From Chrysomallon squamiferum (Eukaryota > Animalia > Mollusca): a stretch of DNA of 64,000 nt. How positions within the stretch are numbered: position 1 is the stretch's first letter; the number at the start of each line of letters is the position of its first letter. Under the pieces are notes generated by a model. That model was not told the origin of the DNA. It did not search any database and was given only the letters and a program-made list of their open reading frames with translations. This document shows, in pieces, positions 1-15,253 of the stretch. The stretch covers positions 3,596,001-3,660,000 of the forward strand of contig CM022671.1 of assembly GCA_012295275.1 (NCBI GenBank), in the 5' to 3' direction. The position numbers and the translations under genes were made by a program.

Positions 1-3000
1 TTAAATTCCTTTTTTGATATAAAACAGATTTAAATTTTTTCTTTCTTTGATTAACAATTTCTTTTTAAAAAAATCATAAATAAATAAATAAATAAATATT
101 TTAAAACATTTTTAGAAAATGGAAATTTTCATTATTTCCTATTTAGTTTGACCTCAATCAGAATTTGAGCATTTATAAAACAAAAACTTACAAAAGAATA
201 TGTTAACACTCATGGCATTACCATAACAATAAAAATTAAAAAAATAAAACAATTAGAAGAATCCCCCAAAAACCAACAACGAGAGAACTATAAAGAAATA
301 AACAGAAATAGTACCCAAAATTAGTTACAGCCATTTTTTTTAAAAACAATTTTAATGGGGGTGGGACTGTTTTAGCTTCAGTATTAAAGTAATTGTTATT
401 TGTTTTTTGCTTTTTGTTTTTTCACACAACTCTACCTTACTGAAGCTGAATTTGACATGTAAAGATGTAAGTTATAATCTCAAAAAGAAGTGCTTAAAGC
501 AGTAATAAAAATTATTTTGAGTCAGTATACAATGAGAAAAATATTTTCTCAATAAATAATTAGGGAAAAAAAAAAATTAAATAAATCAAATTTTTTTTTA
601 TAATAAATGACAATAAAAAAAAATACTCATTGTATGATGTTGCTTTGTTAAAATTGTATCATGGAAAAACAATGGCTAACAAAAGTCTAGAAATGATTTC
701 TGAAATACGTAAAAAATTCTTCATTAAAATAGAACAGTGACATTTTTTTACAATACTGTCATGTATGAATAATGCTTTGAAGTGAAGATAACTGGCTCTA
801 CATAAAATGTTCAGAGGCACACGTATATCAGAGTATACCATTTAGCAATATTGTCAAGAACAATAAAATAATTTAACTGAATTTTTGTTCTTTGATTTTT
901 TTCAAATGAAATCTGAAATTGAAAAACAAAATGAAAAAAAGACAAAGAAACAGTAAAATTAGAAAATAAACATGAAGAATAAATAAATAACAAAAATGAA
1001 TTTCTGAATGCCAAGATAACTATAAAATAGAAGTATTATTATCAATTTAAAACATTATTAAATGAGCCAATTATCTTTTTCATAGTTAGCACATTGCTTC
1101 TTAAGAATACCTGCATTGGTTTTACTTTTATTTGTGTGACAGGAATGTATATTAAAACAGAATAGGTATAATATATATATATATATATATATGTTATTGT
1201 CTGTGCATTGATACCACAATTATGTAAATTAAAAATATTATTGTTTTATTATAAAAAAGCATTTTAACCATTAATGTTTTGAAAATATTTTCAATAAGAC
1301 ACAATTTATTTTTTATTACGTTTTTTAAAAACATACTGAAAAATCTACATATGTAACATACATACAAAAAAACCTCACAATGGACACTTGTAACAAATAC
1401 ACAACTACATGGCTAGCACCTATATAATTATTAGTTAAAAAGAATTGTTCTCGCAACAACCATGACTCAAAACGGCTAGGTTTGTAATAAATAGTAAGAA
1501 AAATATACACATCTTTACTAGTTCATAAAAACCGCTAACTAGAAAATATATAACACTATTTAGTACATAAACAACTTTCTTACAAACAGAGTATATAAAT
1601 AGTTATAAGAGAAATTTTCAAGCTCGTCAAAGTAAAAAAGACACTATAGGTTTTACAAAAAAAAAAATATTTTCAAGTTAGTTCTATAGTTATCACCATA
1701 GCACAGGCCTTGTTAAACTCATGAATATTCATGTCTTGTTTTTCATTGCTTAATAATAATTATTTTGCATGACTAAGTCTCCATGAATAATCAGACAACC
1801 AGTCAGTGTATAAAATATGCGAAATGTTTCGACATAAACTGATTGTCCTTTCTTTTCAAATTCGGATCATGAACAGTTGTAAAAAAGCCTATTTTAAAAA
1901 GTGTTATGCAAAAGTGTTTGGCACAAGGTATTTCGTTTGCTTGTGAATGTTTAAAAAAAAAGGTTTTTCTCCTGTTTTTTTTTTTTTCATTTATAAAACA
2001 TTTACAGGTTATGGAAAATTTTATTAAGGCCTTTCATTCTTTTATTTTTTTTCTTTTATTTGGAGAAGGTGGCATTATATGCTACTATAAATTACAAAAA
2101 AAAGAAAAAAAAAAAAAAAAAATAAAGGAAACGAATAAAATTTTAAGTATTAAGGCATTTCAAAAATAAATAAATTTAAAAAAAAGATTCTTGCAAAAAA
2201 AAAAAAGTAATAATAGTGGTTGAGATAATAAAGATAATAATAATAATAATAATAATAATAATTCTGAAACAAATACAAAATTTAATAAACAGAAGTACAA
2301 CAATAATTTACCACCTTGTACAATAAAGCAGTCAAACAACAAACACTGGAGTTAAAACTTCTCTCACAGAAAAGCCAGAAAATAGTACAATTATACACAT
2401 TACAATTATTTGTCATTAACTTTAAAAACAACCCTCATGCAAAAAACCACTAAATATAAAGCCAATCAACTGTTTATTTTAAAAAATTAGAAATTAAAAC
2501 TGTTTTTAAAAAATCCCCAAAACAACCCAAACAATTAAAAATACCAATTAATGCCCACTGTTCTATTGACAATTAGTATATTTGTAAATAACAGATATAC
2601 ACATCATTTTTATCAATGTTCACAGTGTATGTAACATGACACAGATCACTACATACCACTAACAAGCCATTTAATTTTGCCAATTTCTTGGAACTGACAT
2701 AATAAAGAATGGACCAAATATCAGAAGAAAATTTTCTGGCAAAAATCCATGATGGGCAAATACAGTTTCCTGATGAAAGCTTATAAAAAAAATTACCAAC
2801 ACTAGCATTTCAAGACATCATGATCACATAACATTAGATTATTCGAAGCATTTTCATACCACTGTTCACTAAACAAAATATTCTCACATAACTTATGACC
2901 TAATAACATCGAGTAATTTGTCATGGACATTTGACCAGATTTTTGTAAATGGAAAGACAACAAGTTACCGAAAAAATGTTGTTGTTGCATTTGACATAGC

Positions 3001-3319
3001 TATAGGTCTTTGTATTGTCTTTGTAGCTGTGTATTACAGCTATATCAATTAAAACAAATGAAACACCTATTCTCGATGAAAAAACAGCTTTAACACGAAC
3101 ACATCACAAAAATGAATGCTCCATCTAAACAAGATGGAATGATAAACAATCGAACTACAATAAGACTTGTTTCTAATTAAAATATAAAACTCAGACCTGG
3201 ATGATGTTGCAGTAAGTTGATTATGCATAAACCGGTTTATTGAATATTTACCTTATCAAAGAGCTACTCACTTATTGCTTGCTAAACTCTCTCTATTGAG
3301 CTGGGATTAGTAACAACAC

Positions 3320-6300
3320 TTAAGACTGGTCTAAATTTTCTACTCGGATTCGTTTCTTCAAGATGTTGCCGTTGCAGTCTTCAGCAGCCACGGTGATCAT
3401 GTCGGCTGCTTCTGGAAGTCCTTTCAGTTTGGATCTCTTCAGCATGAACTGACTGGGTGGCTGATTGTCTAGAAATTCCCAGTGCTGAAACACCATTCCT
3501 CCAGGGTCACTTCGCAGCTCCACAATACGCAGGCAGTTCAGAGATTTAATGCAGTGGTTACTGAAAGAAAAAAAATGTAATGTAACATATACAACACAGC
3601 ACAACAAAATTATTTTACAGATGCAAATAGGCAAGCACAGAAATTTACAAATATTATTTCCCTATGGAAAAATATAATCAACAAAACACATCCATACCCT
3701 CATACCCACACACACACACATACACACAAAAGAGAGACAACAGGCATATCGATTGTTTAAACTAGACATTTGTGGAATCTCTAAAAAGCCTTTTTAAAAT
3801 CTTTAAATTGTATTAGTCCTCGTCATCACAAGCTAGTGAAAATAAAGAAAGAAAATACAGTTACAGCAATATATAGAGCTTTTATATACAAATATATATT
3901 TTAAAAAAACATACCTTGAAATTGTAGGTTTCTTAGTGGAAATTGCTGAAGCAGGCTTGTTGAACCATCTGAAAAACAGACACTTGAGTTATATGGTGAA
4001 TGATCAAAGAAACTGTGAACAAGAAAACAAACTGTTGCCACATTCTTCTTCTTATATTAGCAGCTAGGGATCTTTTACGTAACACAATCCCACAAAGGGT
4101 TTATATGTTAATAACCATTAATATTATTTTCAAAATGACTATTTCAAGAGCAAACATTTATTCTGCCATTAAAAACATATCAGTTATTTATTTTCTGATG
4201 TTTTTTTACGTTTCTGTGAAGACATACTTATGGAACTTGAGCATGACGGCCGATGATCTGTACCAGTGGGCGCCATCGTCAGTGAAGTGGATGTTGGGAA
4301 AGTTGAGATCAGGCTCATCTGGTGAGTTTGGCAGTGTGGAGGGAGTGGAAGAGAACGGCGACAAACTCGACACGGAACTGATACTGGAACACGAATTTGT
4401 GAGACGCTCTGAAACAAAAATAGTTTCTTAGTTAAAAGACTTCATAATACATCCAGATGTAAGTGCTGTGAACATTCAGACTTGATAATACTGCCAGATT
4501 AACGTGACAGAAACCTATACAGTAAATTACAAGACAGGTTTAATATTCTTCAAAGCATTCATTTTATTACTGGAGACCAGCCTTTATTAATCATAAAGGA
4601 TGACAAAACACACACACAGAAACATAACAACATGTCAAAGCTGTGGAAATTCTTAAAGATTGTTATTTTGTTTCTTTCTTTTGTACTTAAAAAGAAATGA
4701 ATAATGGACAGACTCATATACTGTCACAAATGCCAATACTTCTTGTGAATATATATATTCATTGTTCATGAGAAAATGCAAATAGAAAATTAAATAAAAA
4801 ATTAAAACAAGTCCCAGTCACACCTTGCTGAGATGGCTTCTTGATGGCCTTTCCATCGTTGTCGAGGACAAGTTCCAGTGTGGAAGCGCCTGAAGGCCCC
4901 TGCATTATGGTTTGTTTTGTTTCAGTTCCGTCATAGTTCTTCATCGAGATGGTCAGCATGGAGGAAGACTTGACCGGCTGGAAACCAGTCTCCACCTTAA
5001 CCACCAGTGGGGGTGGAGGGATGTACATGCTGCTGCTGCTGCTAGATCGACTTAACTGAAACAAAAATTAAAGTAGTAATTATAAAATAATCATATATCA
5101 TAATAATACAAAAATATAACAATAAGGATTGACATTCAGATGAATATAGAATTCTTTTACTGCAGAAACCATTGTTTTATAACAAGTTTTCAGACATGGC
5201 AATAAACAAACCAGCCAGAGTCGTACACTAAATTAACATCCTGACTTTGTTAATTGCAAGAAAATCACTCACTCTTTTAAATGGGCTGCCATAACAGACA
5301 TCTTTGTAGCGTCTCTGGTAAACATCGAGACTGGACAAAGAGCTGTCGAGACTGCTGCCTGAGGGAGTTCGCGAGATGCTGTAGTTGAAGTTGTCGTCAC
5401 TGTCGCGACTGTGTCCACCACGTATTCGTTGAACGGTAAATACTTTGTGCATGTCGTCGAAGCCACGAGCCATGATTCCTGTTGGAGTGTGAGCAAGATC
5501 AAACGTGTGACTCAACTCATGAAGAGAAGCTCCCAAACCAGTTGCATAGTTGGCCCAGTAGTACTCTCTGAAAACAGGTTAACATCTCAAAATAACAATT
5601 CAGGCTACAACTGATAAACAGTTACGTGTAGTACTGGATAACAGATAACGAATTAAACAATAACATGATTTAACATGTTCCAAAAGCTCTGAATATTTTT
5701 CTAACTGATCATATATGAATTAGTTGTTTCACTGTTCAGTATGCTCTGCAGTCCTAATGTTTATTTTGAATTTTTTTATAAAACTAAACAAAAATAAATT
5801 AGTCATATACTGTGATTTTCTTATATATATTGAAAACATTTCTAAACTTTAAATGAAAAAATATTTTGGAAGCTTACTGAAAAATCCTGAATACAAATTA
5901 ATAAATCTTAATAAAGTTTAAAAATTAATTTCCTGTTTTACAACAAATACTTTAATTTTTTGAAAGGTATGAAATATAAATTATTGTTGGGTACCCTGTA
6001 TAGTATAGTCATCACTGTTGAAATGAAAAAATATGTGTTTAACACCTAAAAACAGTAAGAAATAAAGAAGTATCATAAACTTATCAACAATCTGCAGACA
6101 TACCTGTATGCACTGTCATCCATTAGTTTTCTGCGGTTGATTTTGCGACGATCTGTAAAACGATCATATACTTCATCAACTGTTCTTGCCCAGGTGTGGA
6201 GATTTCCTGTTCCAAACAAGGCAAGACCTCCACCTCCTACCAAAGATTTAAACAACCATATTGAAGAAAAGGTTTAATTATTTAAATACCTTTTACATAA

Positions 6301-7561
6301 CATTTAAGAGTCAGTAACAGCAGCTATATAAATGTTTTATTTTTTAATATTTTTTTTTACTGTTTTCTTTTTTAATTATATATTTTATTATTTATATTTT
6401 GTTCTATAACTTTTTATTTTATTATTTCAAACAAATAATTTTTAATGATAACATTAAATATTAATAAAATAATGAACTCATGAATTGACTGAGTTTCCCA
6501 TTTAACAAGATAGGTTGTTTCTTTTTTGTAAATAGAAATGTAAACAAATGAAAGAAAGAATGAATAAATCATTACAAAATAGTGATATATTCAAACTATC
6601 CAGGCTTTTTGCACATTTTCTAATATGTGATGATATCAAGTAAATACGAGCCTTCCTGCTTTGCAAAAAGCTTTTAAACTGAACATCAAATTTTTATCAG
6701 CAAAAACTGGAGATCAGAAACAAAAAAAACAAAAAAATACTTGACACATTTACAAAATGCATCTGGGAAATTTCGTCATATTGCAAAACGTTATTTACAG
6801 ATACTTTTCACTTAATTCAGACCTGTCTCAAACAACAAATGATTAAAATTACCTAAAGCCGTGTGTCCTTTTGTGTGACGAAGTATTTCGCTGTGGGTTT
6901 TTGGAATTTCTGCGTCGGTAGGTGGCATGTACCGAGTGAATGACATGAAGCAGTACCACTTGCATTTATCTTTGTTGGGAAGACTGGAAGCCATTAACTC
7001 CTTGGCAAAATGATTCCACAGTTCGTTGCCTGACATGGCGTAGGCCTGATCCAGGGTGAGTTTACTGACAAACCAGCGACACATCGGTTTCTCACTCTCG
7101 TCCCTCTCCAGCTGAAAGGTAACACGGCCAAAACCATGCTCCTTCATCTTCTCTGCCGTGAATGTCTGAATGAGCTGAGCTCCAAGAGTGATTCTCATCT
7201 GAGCACTTTCTGGAGAACAGTCTTCTTCTTCTGGACCCTGGAACCAGCCATCATCGTCTGCCAGTGAAATATACACAGGTCGAACAAAGTATGGAATGCC
7301 AGGATCTTCGTACGTCAAATGAAGAGTGAGAATCTCATCACAGTATTTAAGCTTGATGATGTTACGTCCAAACTGCAGTGTCACTAGCAGTTTGAAACAG
7401 CCTTCGATGATCGGCCATTTTGTTGTTTCAACACTCTCAGTGCTGGAGTTCCAGACTTCTAAAACACCATCACCAAGGAGACCATCGATTTCACCCAGCA
7501 GTAGAGGTAGGGAGTAAGTAAATACTTCTGATTCGGCTACATTGTAGACCCGGATTTTCAT
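3320..7561 (-). CDS. Putative zinc metallopeptidase, YIL108W-like (Metallopep family), 7 coding exons, ~614 aa
   Basis: Exons (minus strand): 7561-6853, 6236-6104, 5567-5273, 5055-4824, 4408-4228, 3968-3915, 3560-3320; all GT-AG, phases consistent, total 1845 nt. Motifs: GHTALGGGGLALFGTGNLHTW, zinc site HELSHTFDLAH, then GIMARG (Met-turn-like) and GAHWYRSSAVMLKFH. An acceptor at 7613-7614 upstream of the ATG implies a non-coding first exon. Confidence 0.85.
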
Positions 7562-7845
7562 GATATACAAATCCAGGCATTTCCAAGATAGTCAAAGAAC
7601 AATAACATAGATCTGAAAAATAAAATACTGGCATTTGAAATACTACTAGTATTAACTATTATAATTTGTATTTTTGTTTTCAGTGAAGTTATCCAGTGTA
7701 GACTGGTTTCATATTAATCATTTTGGTATTATATACTGTTCTCCTTTACAATCAGTAAATAAGATAACTGTATTATAACATGGAATTTAACAATCTTGCT
7801 TTATTTATTTATTTTTTTTAATATAAAAAGCCATATTTCATTTAA

Positions 7846-7882
<37 letters not shown>

Positions 7883-9077
7883 TATATATATATATATAAA
7901 ATTAAAGAATATATATAATTTATTTCTTGTTAATTTACTTTTCCTTCTCCTCTTTCCTTCTAATTTGTTCCATTTCTCTAACACATTTATCAATGCAGAG
8001 TTGTCAGTATGTAACTTATGTGACTTGGCTATTTCCCAGTAAGTTGAATAACATAAAAGTTATGCAAGAATACATCTAAATTGTATAAAAAAAAGGTGAA
8101 GATATAATACATTTATTTATCTGTCAAATATGATTTATGCAGAAATTATATCTATATTAATAATCATATTATCATTATTACTGCTACTACAAAATATATA
8201 ATGACTCACTAAAGAATACTTAAACCAATACATTTATCTGTCGGCAACCGTCCTAACGTTATTGTGATTTCTACGTAAATACAGCTTTCTCATACTGAAA
8301 CATTAGTTAGTGGCTTTCATTAAAATGCTCTCTAAAAACCAATGTATAAGCATTTAATAAAAAGGCTTTCTCTTTTCATAACTAATTAAGTCATACGTAA
8401 CTAATTAAAATTAGTCGATATCATAACATCCGATTAGCGATTAACATTACGTCAACAAACCCAGCTGGAAAGTCAGTTCTTTACGCTAGTGTATTAATTA
8501 TTTTAATTTAGTCCTGTAATTTTTAATGCTTGTCTCTTATTAAGCACAACAACGAACATGCAACTTACACAGTCATATGATGGTAATTTGCTATTATTTG
8601 GTTTCTCGCTAGCATGAATACATCACTACCATCAAAACAGTTCTTGCGAATCATAGTGCATCGCGGTTATGTCAAGGGAGCAGTCTGTGTATTTGTTTAT
8701 AATGAACCCGTTTCTGAACATATTTACTGTTTTTAAAACGGCAAATTAAGCTATGTATTAATTTTATTAAATATTTATAATAGAATTATGTAACGAATTA
8801 ACGTATAAACTATCAATTATCACTATGTTAATTACAAAAGGGAGCTGTTGTCACAACATTTAGTGATTAAGTGACAACTTGAACGTAAGATCAGACATGT
8901 AATTGTGATTCCCTAGAGAAATCAAGGAATGGGTGGTTCATGCAAAAAGAACAACATTCATAACACAATCAATTATTCATAAATAAAAAAAAAAATAATA
9001 ATAATAAAAAAAATGTTCTCAGGGTTCATATATTTTCAGAAGCAAACAAAGGGAGAAAGCTGATGTTTATTATTATG

Positions 9078-9134
<57 letters not shown>

Positions 9135-10526
9135 GTTATTGTTATTGTTATTGTTCTTGTTGTTGTTGTTGTTGTTGTTGTTGTTGATTGATTATTTGTG
9201 GGTTTTTTTTTTTTTTTTTTTTTTTTTCGGTGGTATTTAATGATTAGATCTCTCTGTGTGTGTTTTAATAATATAAATAAATAAATATTTTAAAATATAT
9301 GTATTTTATTACATACCATCACACGCGCGCACACACATAGTGGATATTTTAAAGACTGTCTCTACTCTACACTACCCAATACTGACTACTTTGTTCACAT
9401 AAAGAAAGAATAAAACATGCAACGATACATCGGACTCATTAATATAGACGTTAATTCGGTTTTGTTTGAAAGACATATCTTGTTGTTGTTTGTTCATACG
9501 TTTTTCTGGAGAAAGGGATTTAAGAATCTAATATATAAACAAAAATCCACAGTTGCCGGAATTCGGGGAACGCTTACTCATTTCTAACTAGATTGTCTTA
9601 ATATACCGGATGTTTTGAATTAATCGGAAACTATGAGTAAAAGGAGTCATCATCTTAAAGGATCTGTTTGGTGATGCGAAGAAACTGTCTAAATATATTC
9701 TGCATATTTCTAAGTTATTTTTATTTAATTTTTCACCATATCGGCATATGTTATAATGTTTTATAACCATTTAGTTCCTACGTTTATATAATGCTACAGT
9801 TTTGTACTGCTGCCGCTGCCACTACTACTATTACTACTACTACTACTGCTAATAATAATAATAATAATAATAATAATACAATAAAATAAAAATACAGAAA
9901 TGAATCTTGAATCAGCTCGAGTGCTTTCATAATTACGGATGAATTTGAATTGCAACTAAGAGCGAGACAAATATTTAAAGTTATCGAGACTCGTATTGGC
10001 CGTTGATTATAAAATGTTCAAAATGTATTTGAGAAATTGATGCGTAAAGCGCCATTATATAATATTAAAAACAAACATCTAGTATCAAATATCAGAATTA
10101 GGAACTGAAGCTGAATATCGAAATTTATTAAAGGGTATTAAAATAAATACAGTTATTTCTTGGATGTTGTTAGCGATCGATTTGGTCTGTGGACCAATGT
10201 TATCTTTTAAATCTAATTAATATCGTTATTTTGAATACGATTAATTCATGACATATTAACCTTAGAAGACAGAGATAAATAACTTTCGGGCACAGGTAAA
10301 GAATATCATCGTTTGGTTAATAACATAAAGATGATTTCCGACCGTTCGCGCATCTGCTTAACCGTGTACCGGCTTAGCCTTTAGCCAGGATCGGACAAAA
10401 TGATTTAGGTCTGAATAGAACTTAGTAATTTTCTTTTAATTGTAAACGCTTGATTTTTGTAAAAATAATTCTCTGGTATGTTTATTTTTCTGTACAAGTT
10501 TTTGCCATTTTATTTTAGATCCAGCC

Positions 10527-13500
10527 ATGAAGAAAGCCAAAACATCTGTTCAGAAATCTGCGTCAGATTCTTGTCATAAAACCGAGCAGAAAGGTATGAA
10601 AATATCCAATTCAGATTCCACTGCACTTAGTTCTCAGTCAAATGCCTTGAAAACAACTTACCTGAGCAAGAGTCAGGAAAATCTTTCAAGTACAAGTTTG
10701 GTTAAGAAAAAGGTTCTACCAGACGATGGGACAAAACCCAGTACATCACAGGCATCTAAAAAGCAAAAGAGTGTCAAAAGTAATGAAAATGTAGTATTAA
10801 GAGAAAAACCAGTGGAGAAAAATATCACCTTTGTCAAACCTAAAGCCCCCAAAGCTGTTACCTCCATGAGGAAAGCATCCAGTACCCAGTCTATAGACAA
10901 AACAGGATCTACATCTTCAACAGCAAAAGGGCAGTACGCGGCTAACAAGTCTCAAGCAATGAAGCGAGCACAGAGCTCTCAAAATGTTAGTAAAGACAAG
11001 TTTACAAGAAAACGGACATCAGCACCAGCAGACGTGATGGCTTACAATGCAGAACTGCTGGCTAACTTTGAAAAAGACAAGAAAAATCTTGAAGCCAGAA
11101 TTTCCGAACTGACAAAAATAACGGAAAATCGAAAAGCTGATATTGAGATGTATAAATATGAAATCAAAGCATTTAAGGATAAAGAGAAGGAAAATGACGA
11201 TGAGTTGGATCTTCTCCGTAGTCAGAACAAAAAACTGCGTGAACAGCTTGATGAACTAGGCATCCCAATAGAACCGATAACTGATGCTGAAAAACTTTCA
11301 CTGTTAAAGAAATGTGGCAGTTCATCTCGTTCAGGAGCTGGATCAGACACACACCTTCCAACAAGTTTAAGCTGTGATAGCCTGGGAAACCGATTTAGTG
11401 CTCCAGAAAAGTCAGCCTCGGTGACTCCTTCAGACACCAGCCTGTCACTGTGTGATCTCTGCGGAACACCAGATCATCCTTCAGTTCTTTCACTTGATCC
11501 GTCAAACTGGGACAAACAGAGTTGTAAGAGCAGAGACAGTGATGGACTGAGTGAAATATCAGTGGCGTGTCTCACTGAGCGGATTCTGAGGATGGAAGAA
11601 ACAAACTACAGCACAACTGAAGAACTTCAGGCCACTCTTCAGGAACTTGGTGACCTGCAGGATGCTGTCAATGAATTGACAGATGAAAATGAAAGACTCA
11701 CTGATGAAAAGTCTGTCCTCCTTGAATCACTGTGCACTCAGACTCAGAAGTTGTCAAATTCCCGAATTCAGGTTGAGCAGTTGAAGTGTTTAATGTTGAG
11801 TGGTAGTTTGCCAGACAAATCAGACCGCGAGGTCCATCTCCTGGATTTGCTGAAGAGTGCCCAGGAGGAGAAAGAGGAGATGATAAGGAAACAAACTGAG
11901 CTGGCTAACACACTTCATGGCTTAGAGGCAGACTTCTGTGAAAGTCAGGATGTGATTGAAGCTCTCAGAGACAAAGTGCACCTTTTGGAATGTCAGCTCA
12001 ACAGTTATTCGGCTGAAAAAGATTTAAGTGATCAGCACAAAAGTGAAATGAAGGAGCTCATCACAAGTCAGCACATTGAGTTAAATCATCTGAAGACTCT
12101 ACTTGAAAATGAAAAAGCCAAATTTCAGGATCTGCAGCAGCTGCACAGGGCTGAAGATAAAACTGATTTAGAGGCTCTGCTGGTGAATGTTAGGCAGGAA
12201 AAAGCTCGGGCTGAAGAAGACTTGGCTAATGCACAGGAATGCTTGGCACATAGTCAGTGTGAAGTGGCAAAACTCAAAGAGATGGTTTCCTGTCGCGAGG
12301 AGGAAATCAAGGCAACAAAAAACAATGCCAAGTTACAGATTAGTGGCCTTGAATGTAAGGTAGAGAAACACGAATCAGACAGCAGTGAACTAAAGAGAGA
12401 AATACAGGTTCTGCATGAACACATTGACCAACTGGAACAAGACTGCGACCATTACATAGAGCAGAACAAAACATGCAATATGACCGTAGTATCACTGCAG
12501 GAGGAGCTGAAAGCTGTAAGAGATCAAAAGCTGGAGGCTGAAAACCAACTGGAAGAATTCAAGTCCAGGTACAGAAATGAGTATGAGGACTGGAGGCAAT
12601 TCCAGAAAGATCTTCAGGTGGCTGTTGTCATAGCCAATGACTTTCGCACAGAAACCCAGCAGAGCATGGAGCAGATGGTATCAGAGAATAATTCCCTTAA
12701 AGACACCATTCATAATCTTGAAAACAAGTTGGCTAAACAGCATGAAGAGATTGAGATACTTAGATGTCAGAAGGACAGCAGGAGCAAAATCCTTACTTCT
12801 GCTGAATTGAAGGGAAAAGTCCTGTCTTCAGTGGACAAGGAACTTTCTGTCCTGAGAGAAGGCCAACGACTTGATCCTAAGAGTCAAAGTCTGTCTGTGA
12901 AGACTCTGATCCAGTCACTGGAGGAACAGATTGACAAGAAGAGTGGTTGTTCGTCCCTCCACACCAGTCACAACACCTCGCCCAGAAACTCCCTGTCCAC
13001 AGACATCGATGATTCCTTCTCTGCAATGCAGGAGTTTCTCAAGTCATCACCTCAGCACAGTCCATGTGATGCTAGTGCTACTAGTCCTCAAGCAGAGTTT
13101 CAGCTTCGTTCCTTGCTGAGGAAGACAGACAAGTCCTCACCACTCCAAAGACATAGCTCTCCTGGTTTGTGTTTTCCAGACAATCTGTCACCAGTTGATT
13201 CAAAGAAGTCATCACATTCGTTTGAAAGATCAAGTGAGCTCAAAGTGTCTCCAGCCATTTCATCCATACTTCAAAACAGAGGGACACCCAGAAGAAACAG
13301 TGGGCCCAAGTAAGATTTCATTTTGAAATTATGTTTGATATTCAGTACCCTGTGGTAGAAAATTGATTAATGTTCTACAGTTATGAATTGTAACTGCTTA
13401 CAAAGAGAAGGAAATCATGACAAAAATTGTATTATTATATAGATAAAATCATTTCTTGTTTTCTGTTTTTATAGTGGTTATTATAAAAAAATGGACTATC

Positions 13501-15028
13501 CTCAGGCATGTAACTGAATATTGCCAGTTTTTGTTAAATACTATAAATATATATATTTTTTTTTGGCTTGCTCTTTTGTTTGAATAGCTCTTACAAAAAT
13601 TGCCATTATTTTGGGGTTTTTCATTGTTTTTTGATTTAGCCACTCCAGTTCAGATGTGGATAGAAAAGACAGTATGAGAGATCCGCTTGCTGCTTTGGCC
13701 AAACAGTTGGGAGGTACAAAGAGAAATGCTTTACTGAAATGGTGCCAACAAAAGACTGTTGCTTACAGTGTAAGACACTTAAACATTTAAATTGTAATTA
13801 AACCATGTATTGTATGTAAACATCGTTCAGTTGATTACATTGTAACTAAACCATGGTTCAGTTGTTTATATTGGAGTTCAACAATGATTTAATTAATTAC
13901 ATGGTTCATTTTATCAAAGTAACTGATTACATTATTTGTTGAAACATTGTCATAACCACATACACACAGAGAAATTTTTCTGATTTTCTGCATTAAATTT
14001 TTTTTATTTTATCTTGAACTCTGTCATCAGACAAATGTCGATGCATTTGTCAATGATTCATCTAACTGTATTAATTTTTAGCAGATTTTGCCCTTTGATC
14101 CTCAGATGGGTATACATCAATCCCCAAAATAGCCATATTTCCCAGAACCATGTTTGTTTCTCCTTCATGATACCAACATTGATTCCAGAATTGTGTGTGT
14201 TTTCTTGTAGGGCGTGGACATCACCAACTTCAGCAGCAGCTGGAATGACGGCTTAGCGTTTTGTGCACTCTTCCACAGCTATGTGCCTCACAAGATTCCA
14301 TACAAGGAACTGACACCAGAAGACAAGGTAGTCTGTCTGTCAGTTTGTCTGTCTGGTTTTTCACTGAAAATAGCATTCCTACTTCATTTTACCATTATTT
14401 GGATTGTTATTCATAATGATGTTTTGATTTGGAAGTCTGTCTGTCTGTATGTATATCTGTATTAACACTGATAACAGTAATTCAGACTTACCAAATTATT
14501 TGATAGTTATTGATTTATAATGATGTTTTGATTTATTAACAATATTAACATGCTTTTATATAAAGTAAAGAAATATTTTATGCTAAGAGAGAAAAATTCT
14601 TTATTGTGTTAAATATTTTTGTTTTTTAGAAAAGAAACTTTACATTAGCATTTGAAGCTGGAGAGAGTGTTGGAATACCTTCATCCCTGGTAAGTAAATA
14701 GAAATTACAGTATCAGTAATAAAGAGAAAACTTGTTTTAACTTTGTGGCATTACTAAAACCATAAACAAAACAAATATAAAAACGTATTTTAGTCTGTTA
14801 CGTGATGATTGATAAATAGAAAACGTACCACTGGTAAATCTTTAATTCTTTTTTTTTTTCCTTGTTAAAAAAGGAAATCAGATTATTAAAAAAAAATGGT
14901 TTATAACTTCATTTCAGAACATAAAAGACATGATCTGCATGGAGCGACCCGAATGGCAGGCTGTGATGAACTACTGTACAGCCATTTACAAACACTTCGA
15001 AGTGGACGGTCACAACGAGTCGCGGTAA
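10527..15028 (+). CDS. SPECC1L: Cytospin-A / SPECC1L-like coiled-coil protein with C-terminal calponin-homology domain, ~1066 aa
   Basis: Exons 10527-13309, 13640-13769 (alternative in-frame acceptor at 13649), 14211-14327, 14630-14689, 14918-15028; total 3201 nt. Cytospin signatures [64 protein letters not shown], and CH domain [63 protein letters not shown]. Confidence 0.93.
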
Positions 15029-15253
15029 ACTTGACCAGCACACTGACCCCCTCCAGCAGGGAGAACTGACCAGCTTACTGACTCGTCCTGTGAGAACTGA
15101 CCAGTGTGACCAGCAAGAACTGACCACATCTCTGTCTTTCATGATGTTACTCTCTGTCATACCTCTCTGATCTCATTTTTTATCATTCTTTGTCAGCATT
15201 CTTCATCTTGCAAAAACTGAGGTATGTGTTGACTATCACCAAGTCATTGCCAC

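Noticed and set aside
4184-4431. ORFs 4184-4417 (-) and 4000-4431 (+)
   Set aside because: Wrong frame or strand; the real exon 4408-4228 is read in phase 1 and gives the conserved GAHWYRSS motif.
10673-13119. Antisense and alternative-frame ORFs inside the large cytospin-A exon
   Set aside because: Short shadows of a strongly supported coding exon.
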